A DNA stretch of 64,000 nt, taken from an uncultured Eubacteriales bacterium. GTDB taxonomy: Bacteria; Acidobacteriota; Aminicenantia; Aminicenantales; Aminicenantaceae. The position numbers were made by a program, and so were the translations under genes. Below the pieces are notes generated by a model. The model was not told where the DNA came from. It saw only the letters and a list, made by a program, of their open reading frames with translations, and searched no databases. Below, one piece after another: positions 26,738 through 37,600 of this stretch. Every line of letters begins with the position of its first letter. The first letter of the stretch is position 1. The stretch is taken from the NCBI GenBank assembly GCA_964440805.1, contig CAYTTR010000007.1:9795-73794 (forward strand), given 5' to 3'.

Positions 26738-28039
26738 ATGAATAAAATATTTCTCAATTTTTTATTCCTTTTGATTCTGTTTAATCAATCGCCTCTTGCA
26801 GCAAATCAACAATCTGAAGAAAAGCCATCTTTATCCCTCTATATTGAGAAGGCACTAACCAATAATCCCAGGCTGGAAGCAATGGCTCAAAAAGTTCTGG
26901 CTGCGGAGAAAGCTGTGCCTCAGGCCGGAGCCTTGCCTGATCCTAAAATCACTTTAGGCCTGATGAACCTTCCGGCAAACAGCTTCGCCTTTGATCAGGA
27001 GCCGATGACAGGCAAACAGATTGGTGTGAGCCAGATGTTTCCTTTTCCGGGGAAATTATCTTTAAAAAAAGATCTCTCCGAACTCGAAGTAAAGGCCGTC
27101 ATGTTCCAACAGAAAGAGCTTATTAACCAAATAATTTTTATGATTAAAGAAGTTTATTACGATATCTACACTTCTGACCGGGCTATTGAGACTATTGAGA
27201 AAAATATGGAATTGATGAAGCAGATAATCCAGGTCGTAGAAACCAAGTATGCAACAGGAACAGGGCTTCAGCAAGACTTATTTCGAGCCCAGGTCGAGCT
27301 GATTAAGCTGGAAGATGACCTGCTTATGTGGCAACAGAAACGCCAAGTATTTACAGTGAGAATGAATGAAATTCTCAACCAGCCGGAAAACACTCCAATT
27401 GGAAAAATACCGGAGCTTCTTGAAGCTTCCGGGAAAGAAGAATCGTTTTTGGTGAGGGAACAAATTGAAAATCGAAGACCTTTACTCCTGGCCTGGAAAG
27501 AGAAAGTCCGCATGGCTGAGGTTGAAACCAGACTGGCTCAACGTGACTTTTGGCCTGATATTACCGTTAATGCCGCCTACAGCCAGCGCGATGATCTTAG
27601 AGGCGGGACTGAAATGACGGATTTTTTATCTGTTTCGCTTTCATTGGATATACCTCTTTATTTTAAAAATAAACAAAACCAGAAAATAGCTGCTAAGCAA
27701 CTGGAGTATAAAGCTTTAAAGGCCGACTATCAAAGTGTTCTCAATAGTGTTTTAAGTGAAGCTGAAAGCTTGAAAGCTGAGCTCAAGAGAAACCGGCAAA
27801 GAGTCGACCTTTATAAAGAAGGAATTATTCCTCAGGCTGAGAAATCTCTCCAGTCTGCTCAGGCCGGTTATCAAGTAGGGAAAGTTGATTTTTTGAATGT
27901 GGTGGACAACTGGATGAGGCTTTTTAACTATGAACTTCAATATCATTCGGCCCTGGCCGATTACTTAAAGACCCAGGCTAAATATGATTTGGCTGTGGGT
28001 AAGGAAACTTTTAAAAGAAACAGGCTTCAAGGGCAGTGA
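26738..28039 (+). CDS. cusC: Outer-membrane efflux factor, TolC/CusC family
   Basis: Signal peptide, then LYIEKALTNNPRLEAMAQ... and two OEP repeat halves typical of the outer membrane factor family. First gene of a cusCBA-like triplet. Confidence 0.8.
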   Translation: MNKIFLNFLFLLILFNQSPLAANQQSEEKPSLSLYIEKALTNNPRLEAMAQKVLAAEKAVPQAGALPDPKITLGLMNLPANSFAFDQEPMTGKQIGVSQMFPFPGKLSLKKDLSELEVKAVMFQQKELINQIIFMIKEVYYDIYTSDRAIETIEKNMELMKQIIQVVETKYATGTGLQQDLFRAQVELIKLEDDLLMWQQKRQVFTVRMNEILNQPENTPIGKIPELLEASGKEESFLVREQIENRRPLLLAWKEKVRMAEVETRLAQRDFWPDITVNAAYSQRDDLRGGTEMTDFLSVSLSLDIPLYFKNKQNQKIAAKQLEYKALKADYQSVLNSVLSEAESLKAELKRNRQRVDLYKEGIIPQAEKSLQSAQAGYQVGKVDFLNVVDNWMRLFNYELQYHSALADYLKTQAKYDLAVGKETFKRNRLQGQ

Positions 28040-29472
28040 TGGGAGAGAATAAAATGAAAGGAAAATTTTTTATCTTTCTTATTTTGGGAATTGTGATTGG
28101 CGGAGGAGGTGTCTATTTTTTCGGGCCTAAAGCCGAAGTAACCGGGGCAATGACAAACCAAACAGAACCCCAGCTTTACAGCTGCGGCATGCATCCGGAA
28201 GTTGTGTCAGAAGAGCCGGGAGATTGTCCCATTTGCGGAATGAAACTTACTCCCATAAGAAAAAATAACCAATCCGCTCCGGCTGAAAAGGAAAAACAGA
28301 GCCGGAAGATACTCTATTGGAGAGCTCCTATGGACCCGACTGAAATCTATGACAAACCGGGAAAATCCAAGATGGGGATGGATCTGGTTCCGGTCTACGA
28401 AGGAGAAGAGGCCGGGGGAGCGGGCAGCATTCTAATTGATGGAGCCGTTCAACAGAATATGAATCTGCGCTTGGGGTCTGTAGTCCGCCGGGATATAAGC
28501 CGCATTATCCGGGCCTTTGGCAAGGTAACTTATGCTCAGGATAATCAATATTCGGTCAACACTAAAGTTTCGGGCTGGATAGAGAAACTCCATGTTAACA
28601 ACGAAGGACAGATGGTAAAAAGAGGAGACTCCCTGCTTGAGATTTATTCACCCGAACTTGTTTCCACTCAAGAAGAATATCTGTTGGCCCTGAATAATTT
28701 AAAACAAACCGAAGACAGTCCTTATCGGAGCATCCGTCAGAACGCAGAAAAAATGGCCGATTTGGCCAGGAAAAGATTGGAGTATTGGGATATTCCTGAG
28801 ACCGAAATAGAAAGGATAGAGAATAGAGGGAAGATACGCCGGACTCTTGTTTTAAAATCTCCGGTTAACGGGATTGTTACGCATAAAGCTGTGGTTGAAG
28901 GAGACCGGGTTGAGCCGGGAATGAATCTATTTCATTTAGCTGATCTGAGCAAGATTTGGGTAGAGGCTGCCGTTTATGAGTCTGAGCTTGATTTGATTAA
29001 ACCGGGGCAAAGAGCTGAATTGGAACTGGATCAGCTAAAGGGAAGAAATATCACGGGCAAAGTTGATTTTGTTTATCCTTACCTTGACAGAAAGTCCCGG
29101 GCTAATAATATCAGGCTGGTTTTTTCTAATCCGGGGATGCAGTTGAAACCGGATATGTTTGCTACCGTTTATATCCAGGGTCCGGTTGCCGGGAATTCTC
29201 TGGCTATTCCGGCTGAAGCGGTGATCTATTCTGGAAAAAGGCGGGTTGTATTTGTAAGTAAAGGAGAGGGAAAGTTCGAGCCCAGGGAAGTGAAAATAGG
29301 GGTTGAGTCTGAAGACGGTTTTGTCCAGGTCCTTTCAGGGCTTTTTGAAGATGAAGAAGTAGTGGTTTCGGGCCAATTCCTCCTTGATTCAGAGAGCAGA
29401 ATGAGAGAAGCAATTGCCAAAATGCGCTCCCTTAAAGCTCAAGAGCAAAAAACAGAGGATAGAAACAATTAA
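28036..29472 (+). CDS. cusB: Heavy-metal efflux membrane-fusion protein (CusB-like) with N-terminal CxxC heavy-metal-binding domain
   Basis: YSCGMHPEVVSEEPGDCPICGMKL is the HMBD seen in CusB/SilB. It is followed by MFP beta-barrel/lipoyl-like regions. Overlaps cusC stop by 4 nt. Confidence 0.85.
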   Translation: MMGENKMKGKFFIFLILGIVIGGGGVYFFGPKAEVTGAMTNQTEPQLYSCGMHPEVVSEEPGDCPICGMKLTPIRKNNQSAPAEKEKQSRKILYWRAPMDPTEIYDKPGKSKMGMDLVPVYEGEEAGGAGSILIDGAVQQNMNLRLGSVVRRDISRIIRAFGKVTYAQDNQYSVNTKVSGWIEKLHVNNEGQMVKRGDSLLEIYSPELVSTQEEYLLALNNLKQTEDSPYRSIRQNAEKMADLARKRLEYWDIPETEIERIENRGKIRRTLVLKSPVNGIVTHKAVVEGDRVEPGMNLFHLADLSKIWVEAAVYESELDLIKPGQRAELELDQLKGRNITGKVDFVYPYLDRKSRANNIRLVFSNPGMQLKPDMFATVYIQGPVAGNSLAIPAEAVIYSGKRRVVFVSKGEGKFEPREVKIGVESEDGFVQVLSGLFEDEEVVVSGQFLLDSESRMREAIAKMRSLKAQEQKTEDRNN

Positions 29473-29493
29473 GGAAGATTACCGGGGAGAAAA

Positions 29494-32400
29494 ATGATTG
29501 AAAAAATAATTGAATGGTCGGTAAACAATAGAATTCTGGTTATAACGGGAGTGGCGGCTTTAATTCTGGCCGGGTTTGCCGCCATAAAAACTACTCCCAT
29601 TGATGCCATCCCGGATTTGAGTGATATCCAGGTAATCGTTTTTACTGAATTTCAAGGCCAGGGACCAAATGTGGTCGAAGACCAGGTCACCTATCCCTTG
29701 ACCACCGCCATGCTGGCCGTACCTAAAGCCAAGGTTGTCCGGGGATATTCCTTTTTCGGGCTTTCCATGGTTTATGTAATTTTCGAGGACGGAACCGATC
29801 TCTACTGGGCCCGAAGCCGGGTTTTGGAATATTTAAACTATGCTGCCGGACGTTTACCTCAAGGGATCACCCCTCAGCTTGGACCTGATGCCACTGGAGT
29901 GGGATGGGTTTATGAATATGTTCTTGATGGAGGAGACCGGTATGACCTGCAGCAATTAAGGTCGATTCAGGACTGGTACCTGCGTTATGAACTGGCCAGT
30001 GTACCGGGAGTTAGTGAACTGGCCAGCGTGGGCGGTTTCGTCAAACAGTACCAGGTTGAGGTTGATCCTCTCAAACTTCAGGCCTACAATCTGTCCCTTC
30101 AGCAGGTCACGAGAGCCATTCAGAGAAGTAACAATGATGTTGGGGGCAGGGTATTGGAAATGGGTGAAACGGAGTTTATGGTCAGAGGGCTTGGTTATAT
30201 TAAATCGATAAATGATTTAAAGAAAGTTTTGGTGGGTATGGGGCCCAACAATGCCCCTGTTTTTCTCGAAGATGTCTCCCATATTCATATCGGTCCTGAG
30301 CTCCGCCGGGGTATTGCCGACTGGAACGGACTGGGAGAAACCGTGGGCGGTGTGGTTGTTATGCGCTATGGTGAAAATGCTCTCAAGGTTATCGATAGAG
30401 TGAAAGAGAAACTTGAAGAGTTGAAAAAAGGTCTCCCAGAGGGAGTTACCATAAAAACAGCTTATGACCGTTCTTCCTTAATTAAAAGAGCGGTGGCTAC
30501 CTTGAAGGAAAAATTAGTTGAGGAAATTGTTATTGTGGCCCTGGTTATAGTTTTATTTCTTCTTCACCTCAGGAGTTCGTTAGTGGCGGTTATTACTCTT
30601 CCCCTGGGAGTTCTTCTCTCTTTTGTAGTAATGAGAGCCCAGGGATTGAATGCCAATATTATGTCTCTTGGAGGCATAGCCATTGCCATTGGAGCAATGG
30701 TTGATGCTGTGGTAGTGATGATTGAAAACGCCCATAAACACCTGGAAAGAGAAGATATAGCCGGCCGTAAGGATAGATGGTCGTTAATTATTCGCTCCTC
30801 CAAGGAGGTCGGCCCTGCTCTTTTTTATTCCCTTCTCATTATTACTTTTTCCTTTTTGCCTGTTTTTACCTTGCAGCAGCAGGAAGGCCGTCTTTTCAAA
30901 CCCCTTGCCTTTACCAAAACCTATGCCATGGCCGGTTCAGCCGTTCTGGCCATTACGGTTGTTCCGGTTCTGATGGGAATTTTTATCAGGGGAAAGGTCC
31001 GTTCCGAGAAAAAACACCCCTTGAGCCGGTTCCTGATAAAAATCTATCGCCCGGTGATTCAATTTGTTCTAGGGCACAAAGTGGCGGTTATCCTGGGAGC
31101 GGTGTTAATTATTGCTTTGACAGTGTTTCCTCTATCCAGGATAGGCTCTGAATTTATGCCGCCGCTTAATGAAGGTGATTTACTTTATATGCCCACCACT
31201 CTGCCCGGAATTTCGGTTACCAAGGCTAAAGAGCTTCTCCAGCAAACCGATAAAATTATTGCCGGTTTTCCTGAAGTCGAATCAGTTTTTGGCAAGATCG
31301 GCCGGGCAGAAACAGCCACTGATCCTGCTCCTTTAACCATGATTGAAACTACTATTACCCTTAAAAGCAAAGATAAGTGGCGGCCGGGAATGACCATGGA
31401 AAAGTTGATAGAAGAGCTTGACCGGGCGGTCCAATTTCCCGGCTTGACCAATGCCTGGACTATGCCCATAAAAACCAGGATTGACATGTTAAGTACCGGG
31501 ATTAAAACTCCGGTGGGGATTAAGCTTATGGGATCCGATCTCCAAACACTTTCTGATTTGGGCGAAGAGATTGAAGCTGTCCTGAGACAGGTTCCGGGTA
31601 CAGCCAGTGTTATCTCGGAAAGAGTTACCGGAGGGAATTATCTTGATTTTGAAATTAACAGAGAAGCAGCCGGCCGCTACGGTCTTTCGGTGGCAGATGT
31701 TCAGGAAGTAATTAAGTCTGCCATCGGAGGAATGAATGTCGCTACTACTGTTGAGGGATTGCAGCGCTATCCGGTTAATGTCCGCTATAGCCGGGAATTA
31801 AGAGATGATTTAACTTCTCTTAAAAGGGTATTGGTTTCTACTCCTACCGGTGCAGAAATTCCTTTGTCCCAACTGGCAGAGCTTCAAATTAAAAAAGGCC
31901 CGGCCATGATAAAAAGCGAGAACGCCCGGCGGACCGCCTGGTTATATATTGACTTGCGTGATATTGATGTCGGCTCCTACGTCAAAACGGCCAGGCAGGC
32001 CGTTTACTCTTCGGTAGCTTTTCCACCTGGATACAGTCTTGCCTGGAGCGGTCAGTATGAGTATATGGAACGGGCTCAACAACGTCTGCAACTGGTGGTG
32101 CCGGTGACCCTGCTTATTATTTTTCTTTTGCTGTATTTAAACTTTAAAAACATCACTGAAAGCTTGATTATTATGTTGTCCCTGCCGTTTGCCTTGGTGG
32201 GAGGAATATGGATGATGTGGCTTAGCGGTTACAATATGAGTGTGGCGGTTGGAGTCGGTTTTATTGCTCTGGCAGGAGTGGCGGCTGAGACGGGAGTAGT
32301 AATGCTGCTTTACTTAGATAATGCTTATAAACAAAGGCTTAAACTAAGTAAGATGAAATCGAAGAAAGACCTGCGGGAGGCTGTTGTTTACGGGGCAGTA

Positions 32401-32625
32401 GAAAGAGTGCGGCCCAAGCTAATGACGGTTTCGACTACTATCGCCGGGCTGCTCCCAATTATGTGGGCCAGCGGGACCGGTTCCCAGGTAATGAAGAGAA
32501 TTGCTACCCCTATGGTAGGCGGTCTCTTAACATCGACTGCTCTGACTCTTATAGTAATTCCCGCCATATATTACCTTTGGAGAGGCAGGAGACTATTAGA
32601 GCTGGATAGAAGCCAAGATGAATGA
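29494..32625 (+). CDS. cusA: Heavy-metal efflux RND transporter, CusA/CzcA family
   Basis: 1043 aa, 12-TM RND architecture and HME-RND-type motifs (e.g. ...AIGAMVDAVVVMIEN..., ...GGLLTSTALTLIVIPAIY...). Confidence 0.9.
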   Translation: MIEKIIEWSVNNRILVITGVAALILAGFAAIKTTPIDAIPDLSDIQVIVFTEFQGQGPNVVEDQVTYPLTTAMLAVPKAKVVRGYSFFGLSMVYVIFEDGTDLYWARSRVLEYLNYAAGRLPQGITPQLGPDATGVGWVYEYVLDGGDRYDLQQLRSIQDWYLRYELASVPGVSELASVGGFVKQYQVEVDPLKLQAYNLSLQQVTRAIQRSNNDVGGRVLEMGETEFMVRGLGYIKSINDLKKVLVGMGPNNAPVFLEDVSHIHIGPELRRGIADWNGLGETVGGVVVMRYGENALKVIDRVKEKLEELKKGLPEGVTIKTAYDRSSLIKRAVATLKEKLVEEIVIVALVIVLFLLHLRSSLVAVITLPLGVLLSFVVMRAQGLNANIMSLGGIAIAIGAMVDAVVVMIENAHKHLEREDIAGRKDRWSLIIRSSKEVGPALFYSLLIITFSFLPVFTLQQQEGRLFKPLAFTKTYAMAGSAVLAITVVPVLMGIFIRGKVRSEKKHPLSRFLIKIYRPVIQFVLGHKVAVILGAVLIIALTVFPLSRIGSEFMPPLNEGDLLYMPTTLPGISVTKAKELLQQTDKIIAGFPEVESVFGKIGRAETATDPAPLTMIETTITLKSKDKWRPGMTMEKLIEELDRAVQFPGLTNAWTMPIKTRIDMLSTGIKTPVGIKLMGSDLQTLSDLGEEIEAVLRQVPGTASVISERVTGGNYLDFEINREAAGRYGLSVADVQEVIKSAIGGMNVATTVEGLQRYPVNVRYSRELRDDLTSLKRVLVSTPTGAEIPLSQLAELQIKKGPAMIKSENARRTAWLYIDLRDIDVGSYVKTARQAVYSSVAFPPGYSLAWSGQYEYMERAQQRLQLVVPVTLLIIFLLLYLNFKNITESLIIMLSLPFALVGGIWMMWLSGYNMSVAVGVGFIALAGVAAETGVVMLLYLDNAYKQRLKLSKMKSKKDLREAVVYGAVERVRPKLMTVSTTIAGLLPIMWASGTGSQVMKRIATPMVGGLLTSTALTLIVIPAIYYLWRGRRLLELDRSQDE

Positions 32626-32663
32626 CAATCAGTTCCGTAGGTATTGCTTAAAGCTTTTAAGTT

Positions 32664-33238
32664 TTATTCGGTTTTCTTGGATTTTTTGCCTTCAAAAAGA
32701 GAGTAAACTACAGGGACAATAATAAGTGTGATCACGGTCGAGCTCAAAAGCCCTCCTACCACTGCCCTGGCCAAGGGTGATTGGGCTTCTCCTCCTTCCC
32801 CTAATCCTAAGGCCAGGGGAATCATTGCCATAATGATGGCATTGGTCACAGTCAGGTCGAGAATGTCTTGGTTCCAACTTCCATTTCTACGGTCACTCGA
32901 ACTTCTCCTTCATCGGTAGACGGCAAGAATTCACTCCCTACCAGCCGAACAAGAGCAATGCTTCCAGCTAAAATGGCGACGGTTATTCCTAAAACAAGTA
33001 TCCGGTGATTAAGGGCGTAGTGAAGAAAAGCTTTATAATTATTCTCTATACGGCTGAAAAAATTTTTTATTAAATCTTGAAATTTATTCCGCCGGGTTTT
33101 TCCATGAGGATTGGATGATTTTGATACTCTTAGAATTCGACCAGAAAGCATGGGGATTAAGGTTAGGGCGACAAAAAGAGAACATAAAAGGGAAAAACTT
33201 ACTACATAGGCCAGTTGCTTGAACATTATTCCCGACAT
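32664..33238 (-). pseudogene. Remnant of an RND (AcrB-like) transporter gene: two out-of-frame fragments (61 aa C-terminal end, 128 aa mid-section)
   Basis: 32664..32849 encodes ...AIIMAMIPLALGLGEGGE...LIIVPVVYSLF, an RND C-terminus. 32852..33238 encodes MSGIMFKQLAYVVSFSLLCSLFVALTLIPML, an RND mid-region TM. The two are in different frames 2 nt apart. About 850 aa of a normal RND are missing. Confidence 0.65.
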
Positions 33239-33253
33239 GCCTCGGATCTGGCA

Positions 33254-33577
33254 TCAAGTCAATGGAAAGGCGCTGGTTGTAACAGATGCTCTTTGGCCTG
33301 TTTGTAGCCTAAAATAATCTTTGTCGGTTACATGGATAACTGCCGTTATGGGTTGAAGGTCGATGATCGAAAGAATGGGAGTATTGGCTGAAAGCATTGT
33401 CCCTTCATCGACAAATCTTTCTCCCACGTATCTTACTTCGCTTCCCTTTTCCCAGGAAGCATGTATCCGGGTGTAGGATAAGCGAACCCTGGCAGCTTCC
33501 AAAGCTGCTTCTCTGTTGGCCAGTTGTTGGGCAACTGTCACTTTATACCTGCTTTCCTGAGCCGCGTATTGAGCCAT
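33254..33577 (-). pseudogene. Remnant of a membrane-fusion (periplasmic adaptor) protein gene, 107-aa fragment
   Basis: The 107-aa ORF has a periplasmic-adaptor-like character (I read IIDLQPITAVIHVTDKDYFRLQTGQRASV as MFP beta-barrel-like). It sits between an OMF fragment and RND fragments in the canonical OMF-MFP-RND order and is far too short (normal is about 350-400 aa). Confidence 0.45.
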
Positions 33578-34287
33578 TACTGCACCAGTTGTGAGTCAGA
33601 TTGAATACCCTTTTCATGAAGGGCTTTTTCCAGTCTTATATCATGCCAGGTTACCGAAGGGCTGTCCAAAGGTACAATCTTTATAATTTCAGCCTGTTCG
33701 GTGTCAGCTTGAAGATTAATGATTTTTTTTAGAAGGTCTTCGTTATTCTTTACCATAGCTTCAGCTTCCAGAATGTCTGCTTCTCTAGTAGCAACATCAG
33801 CTTGGGCTGTTAGGATTTCAATAGGAGGAAGGGTTCCGGCCTCAATTTCAGCCTTGTTTTTTTCCAGTAATTCTTGGGCTAATTTTAATGACTGCCGCCT
33901 TACGTTCAGGTTTTCTATGCTGTAAACGAGATTCCAATAGGCGGCTTCAGCGTTGTAAATAGTCTCATCCAGGGCCTCAGTGAACATGTTTTCAGAGATA
34001 TCTCTATTGTTTTGAGCGGTGATGATTTCCCGGCGGCTCATCTTTAATCCGAAATCTTTTAGTAATGGCTGATTGAAAGTAAAACGGAGAGTGTTTCCGT
34101 AGCGGGGATTTATGTTCTGAAACCTTCTATTTGTGTCCGTCATATAACCAGTCAATCCAAGAGTAAGGTTGGCTCCAGTTGGTATTATTTGAGAAAGCTG
34201 GAGTTCGTTATCTTCAGTTTGACCGTTTAGAGGGATGTAAAGTAAAAAAACAAACAATGGTAGCCATTTGAGTACTTTTTCAATCAC
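33577..34287 (-). pseudogene. Truncated outer-membrane factor (TolC-like) gene, N-terminal 236 aa only
   Basis: Signal peptide and the first OEP repeat (…LSQIIPTGANLTLGL…AQNNRDISENMFTEAL…LKLAQELLEKNKAEIEAGTL…), then an abrupt end. Full OMFs are about 430-480 aa (compare cusC upstream). Confidence 0.55.
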
Positions 34288-34615
34288 CTTTCACCTTCCG
34301 GATAAAAATTTTTCAAAATTTACTTTAATATAGAAAGCGTTACCTACGAATTACTTCAATTTATATAACTCCGTTTTGTTTTTTTTCCGATACAACAAAA
34401 TATAGACGATTAAAGACTGTTTTTCTTCCCTTTTCAACAGGTTTATTTTTAATAAAGAAAAATATTTTGTTCTTCATTTTTAACTTTTTTTAAAAGCATG
34501 GCTCGGATTTAAAAATTCAGGCTTATTGCTTTTTATAATTCTCTGCTTTACTATGGCCTCAGGGAAATATCTTGAGAATTCCAGGATATAAACATTACCA
34601 CAAGTTAAGCGAATA

Positions 34616-37600
34616 ATGAGAAATCTGATGAGAAATAAGAATAAAATATTTTTTCTTTCATTTTTATTTTTGTGGTTAATTGCTTTTTCAACCTGTCAGA
34701 AAGAAGAAGGAAAAGACCTGCCGGGTGCGGAGATGGAACCGGGCGGTAAACTCGAAGTGGTTTTCTTCAGTCCGGCAGAAAAAACCACCGCCCCTCATGA
34801 AGCTCGGTCGGTGCTGGTTGTTTTTGACCGGCCTATGGTTCCTTTGGGGGCATTCAGCCGAGAACAAGCTCCTTCTTTTCTAAGGTTTACTCCCTCATTT
34901 CCGGGGAAATACCGCTGGCTCAATCCCCGGACAGTTGAGTTTTCTCCGGAAAAGCGGTTTCCTTTTTCAACCGGAATAACGGTCACAATTCCCGAAGGGA
35001 CATCTTCTTATGACAGATACACGATGACTGAAGATTTTTCCTGGTCTTTTGAAACTGTAAGACCTCGCTTGATTGACCATTATCCGAAGGATGGTCAAAA
35101 ATGGCTACCGCCTGAGCCGTCAATTCTTTTAGTTTTTAATCAGCCTGTTCAAGCAAGGAAGGCAAGGGATTTCTTGGATGTATTTGAATTAAGAGAAAAA
35201 GGAGGAGAAACTTCGGTCGAGATTGATATTAAAACTCCGGCCAAGGAAATGCTTGAGGAGCACCGGATTGTTTCATCGCCGTCTGAGGTTCTCTTGGTTG
35301 TTCCCAAAAAAAGATTGTCATTTGGTTCATCCTGTCTGGTTTCTCTCAAGCCGGGATTTCCGGCAAAAGAAGGGAAATTGAGTATGGAAAAGGGTGTTTC
35401 TTTCAGGTTTGATATCTACGGTCCCTTCTGGTTTGAGGATTTTATAGTAGCGGAAGAACATAATCCCTATGATGCCCTTCAATTCCGCTTTTCCAATCCG
35501 GTTTTTTACAAAGAATTTGTTCAAAAAATTAAATTTCAGCCTTCCGTAAAAATTCCTGATTACTACTCAGAGTGGGAAGAGAGAAGCAGTAATCTCTGGC
35601 TCAGTCTGCCTTTGAATCCGGAAACCGAGTATAAGATTCAGGTTGATGCTTCTCTTCAGGATGTTTTCGGAAACAAGCTTAGTCAAGAGGTGGAAAAAAA
35701 GTTTCTGACAGCCTCCTTTCCGCCTTCTATTTCCGTGAGCACCGGCCACGGTATTATTGATGCTTCCGGTGAACCTAAATTTCATTTTACTGCAGTTAAT
35801 CTCAAAGAACTGGATTTTCAAGTAGCCCGCCTAAAAAAAGACGATATAATTCCTCTCCTAATTCAAGACAGATTTCTCTGGGCAAATTATAAGTTCAGTA
35901 AAAAAAATTTTTTCCAGGCAAAACAAAATTTGCATCCGGAATTAATCCGGAATAAAAAGGAAATTGTTTCTCTTGACCTTGGTAAATATTTGCCCGAGAA
36001 AAGAGGAATTCTTTTTATTCAAATGGATCCGCATCTTGATGAGAATGGGAGCCGTTATCCCAAAGCGTTTCTTCAAGTAACCTCCCTTGGTCTTTCGGCC
36101 AAGTTTTCTCCCGAGTCCACTCTTATCTGGCTTACGGGATTGTCTGATTCCGGTCCGGTTGCCGGGGCTTCTATAGAGCTCAGGGATGATAAGAACAAGC
36201 TCCTCTGGAAAGGAGTAACAGGTAAAGATGGTCTCTGCCGGGCACCGGGTTGGTACAACCTGAAATTGAAAAGCCCCAAACAATGGAGTCAGCCCCGTAT
36301 GTGGGTATTTGCCGAAAAAGAAGGGGATATGGTTTTTATTTCCTCGGAGTGGGAGACCGGGATTTACCCCTATCGCTTTGGAATAAATTACGACTGGAAT
36401 CCCCAGCCAGTTCCGATAACCGGATATATCTATACAGACCGGGGGATTTACCGGGCCGGAGAAACAGTTAATTTAAAAGGGATCATCAGGCAAAAAGAAA
36501 AAGGAGAATGGAAGCATCCTTCGGCCAAAACCGTGAAATGCGAAGTTTATGACCCGTTCCAGAAGATTATTTACAAGGAAAATATAAGGCTGGATGAATA
36601 CAGCTCTTTTTCTTTTAGCTTAGAAACAGACGTTGATGCCCCCTTGGGCAGTTATCAGGTAGTAGCCGATTTGCCTTTGGATGAAGGAAGCAGGGAACGA
36701 ACCAGTTTTTCTTCCTGGTTCAGAGTAGAGGCTTTCCGGCCGGCTGAGTTTGAGGTTCATATCAAGTCGGCAAAAGAAAGCTATACTTTCGGGGAAACAT
36801 ATAAGGCAGAGGTTAAGGCTTCCTATCTTTTCGGAGGGGCGATGTCTTCTCAGGAAATTGACTGGCATCTCCGGTTAAACCCGGCTTCTTTTTCCCCTCC
36901 GGGTTTTGAGGAGTACATTTTCGGCAATCTTATTGACCGCTGGCAGGAAGATGGGGAAAAAAGCAGATTGATTTCTTCAGGACAATCGAAGCTTGATGAA
37001 AACGGTAAAATAAGCTTATCAGCCGCGCTGAAACCTGAGAAAGAGAGAGATTCGGTTGTTGCTTCCCTGGAAGCAACGGTTAGAGGTCCCAGCCGCAGGG
37101 CTGTTTCAAGCCGCATCAAAACAATCGTCCACAGGGGAGATTTTTATATCGGTCTTAAACCGGAGACAACTTTTTTGGAAAAAGGGAAAAAGGTTTCAGT
37201 AAAAGTGGTAACGGTCAATGGTGAAGGCGAGATGGATCCGGGGAAAAAGATTGAGTTAAAGCTTTTTCGCCGGGAATGGCATTCTGTCCGCAAAGAAGGC
37301 ATGGGCGGAAGTTTTCACTGGATAAGCGAGAAAGAAGATATCGAACTTGAATCAAGAGTCTTGGAAACAGAGGAGACGCCGTCGGAAGTTTCTTTTATTC
37401 CGGAAAAAGCCGGATTTTATTTAATCAAGGCTGAAGGAAAAGACCGGCGGGGAAATACGGTTACAACAACAGCTTATTTTTATGCAACAGGCGGAGACTA
37501 TGTTCCCTGGGAAAGAAGTGACGATGACGTAGTGGAGCTTGTGGCCGATAGGTCTTCTTATTGTCCCGGCGACAAAGCCCGCCTTCTGGTGAAATCTCCC

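Noticed and set aside
32664-34287. Treating the four short minus-strand ORFs after cusA as intact small genes
   Set aside because: Each matches only a fragment of a much larger protein family (RND, MFP, OMF), in the canonical operon order but with about 80% of the length missing. Pseudogene remnants explain them better.
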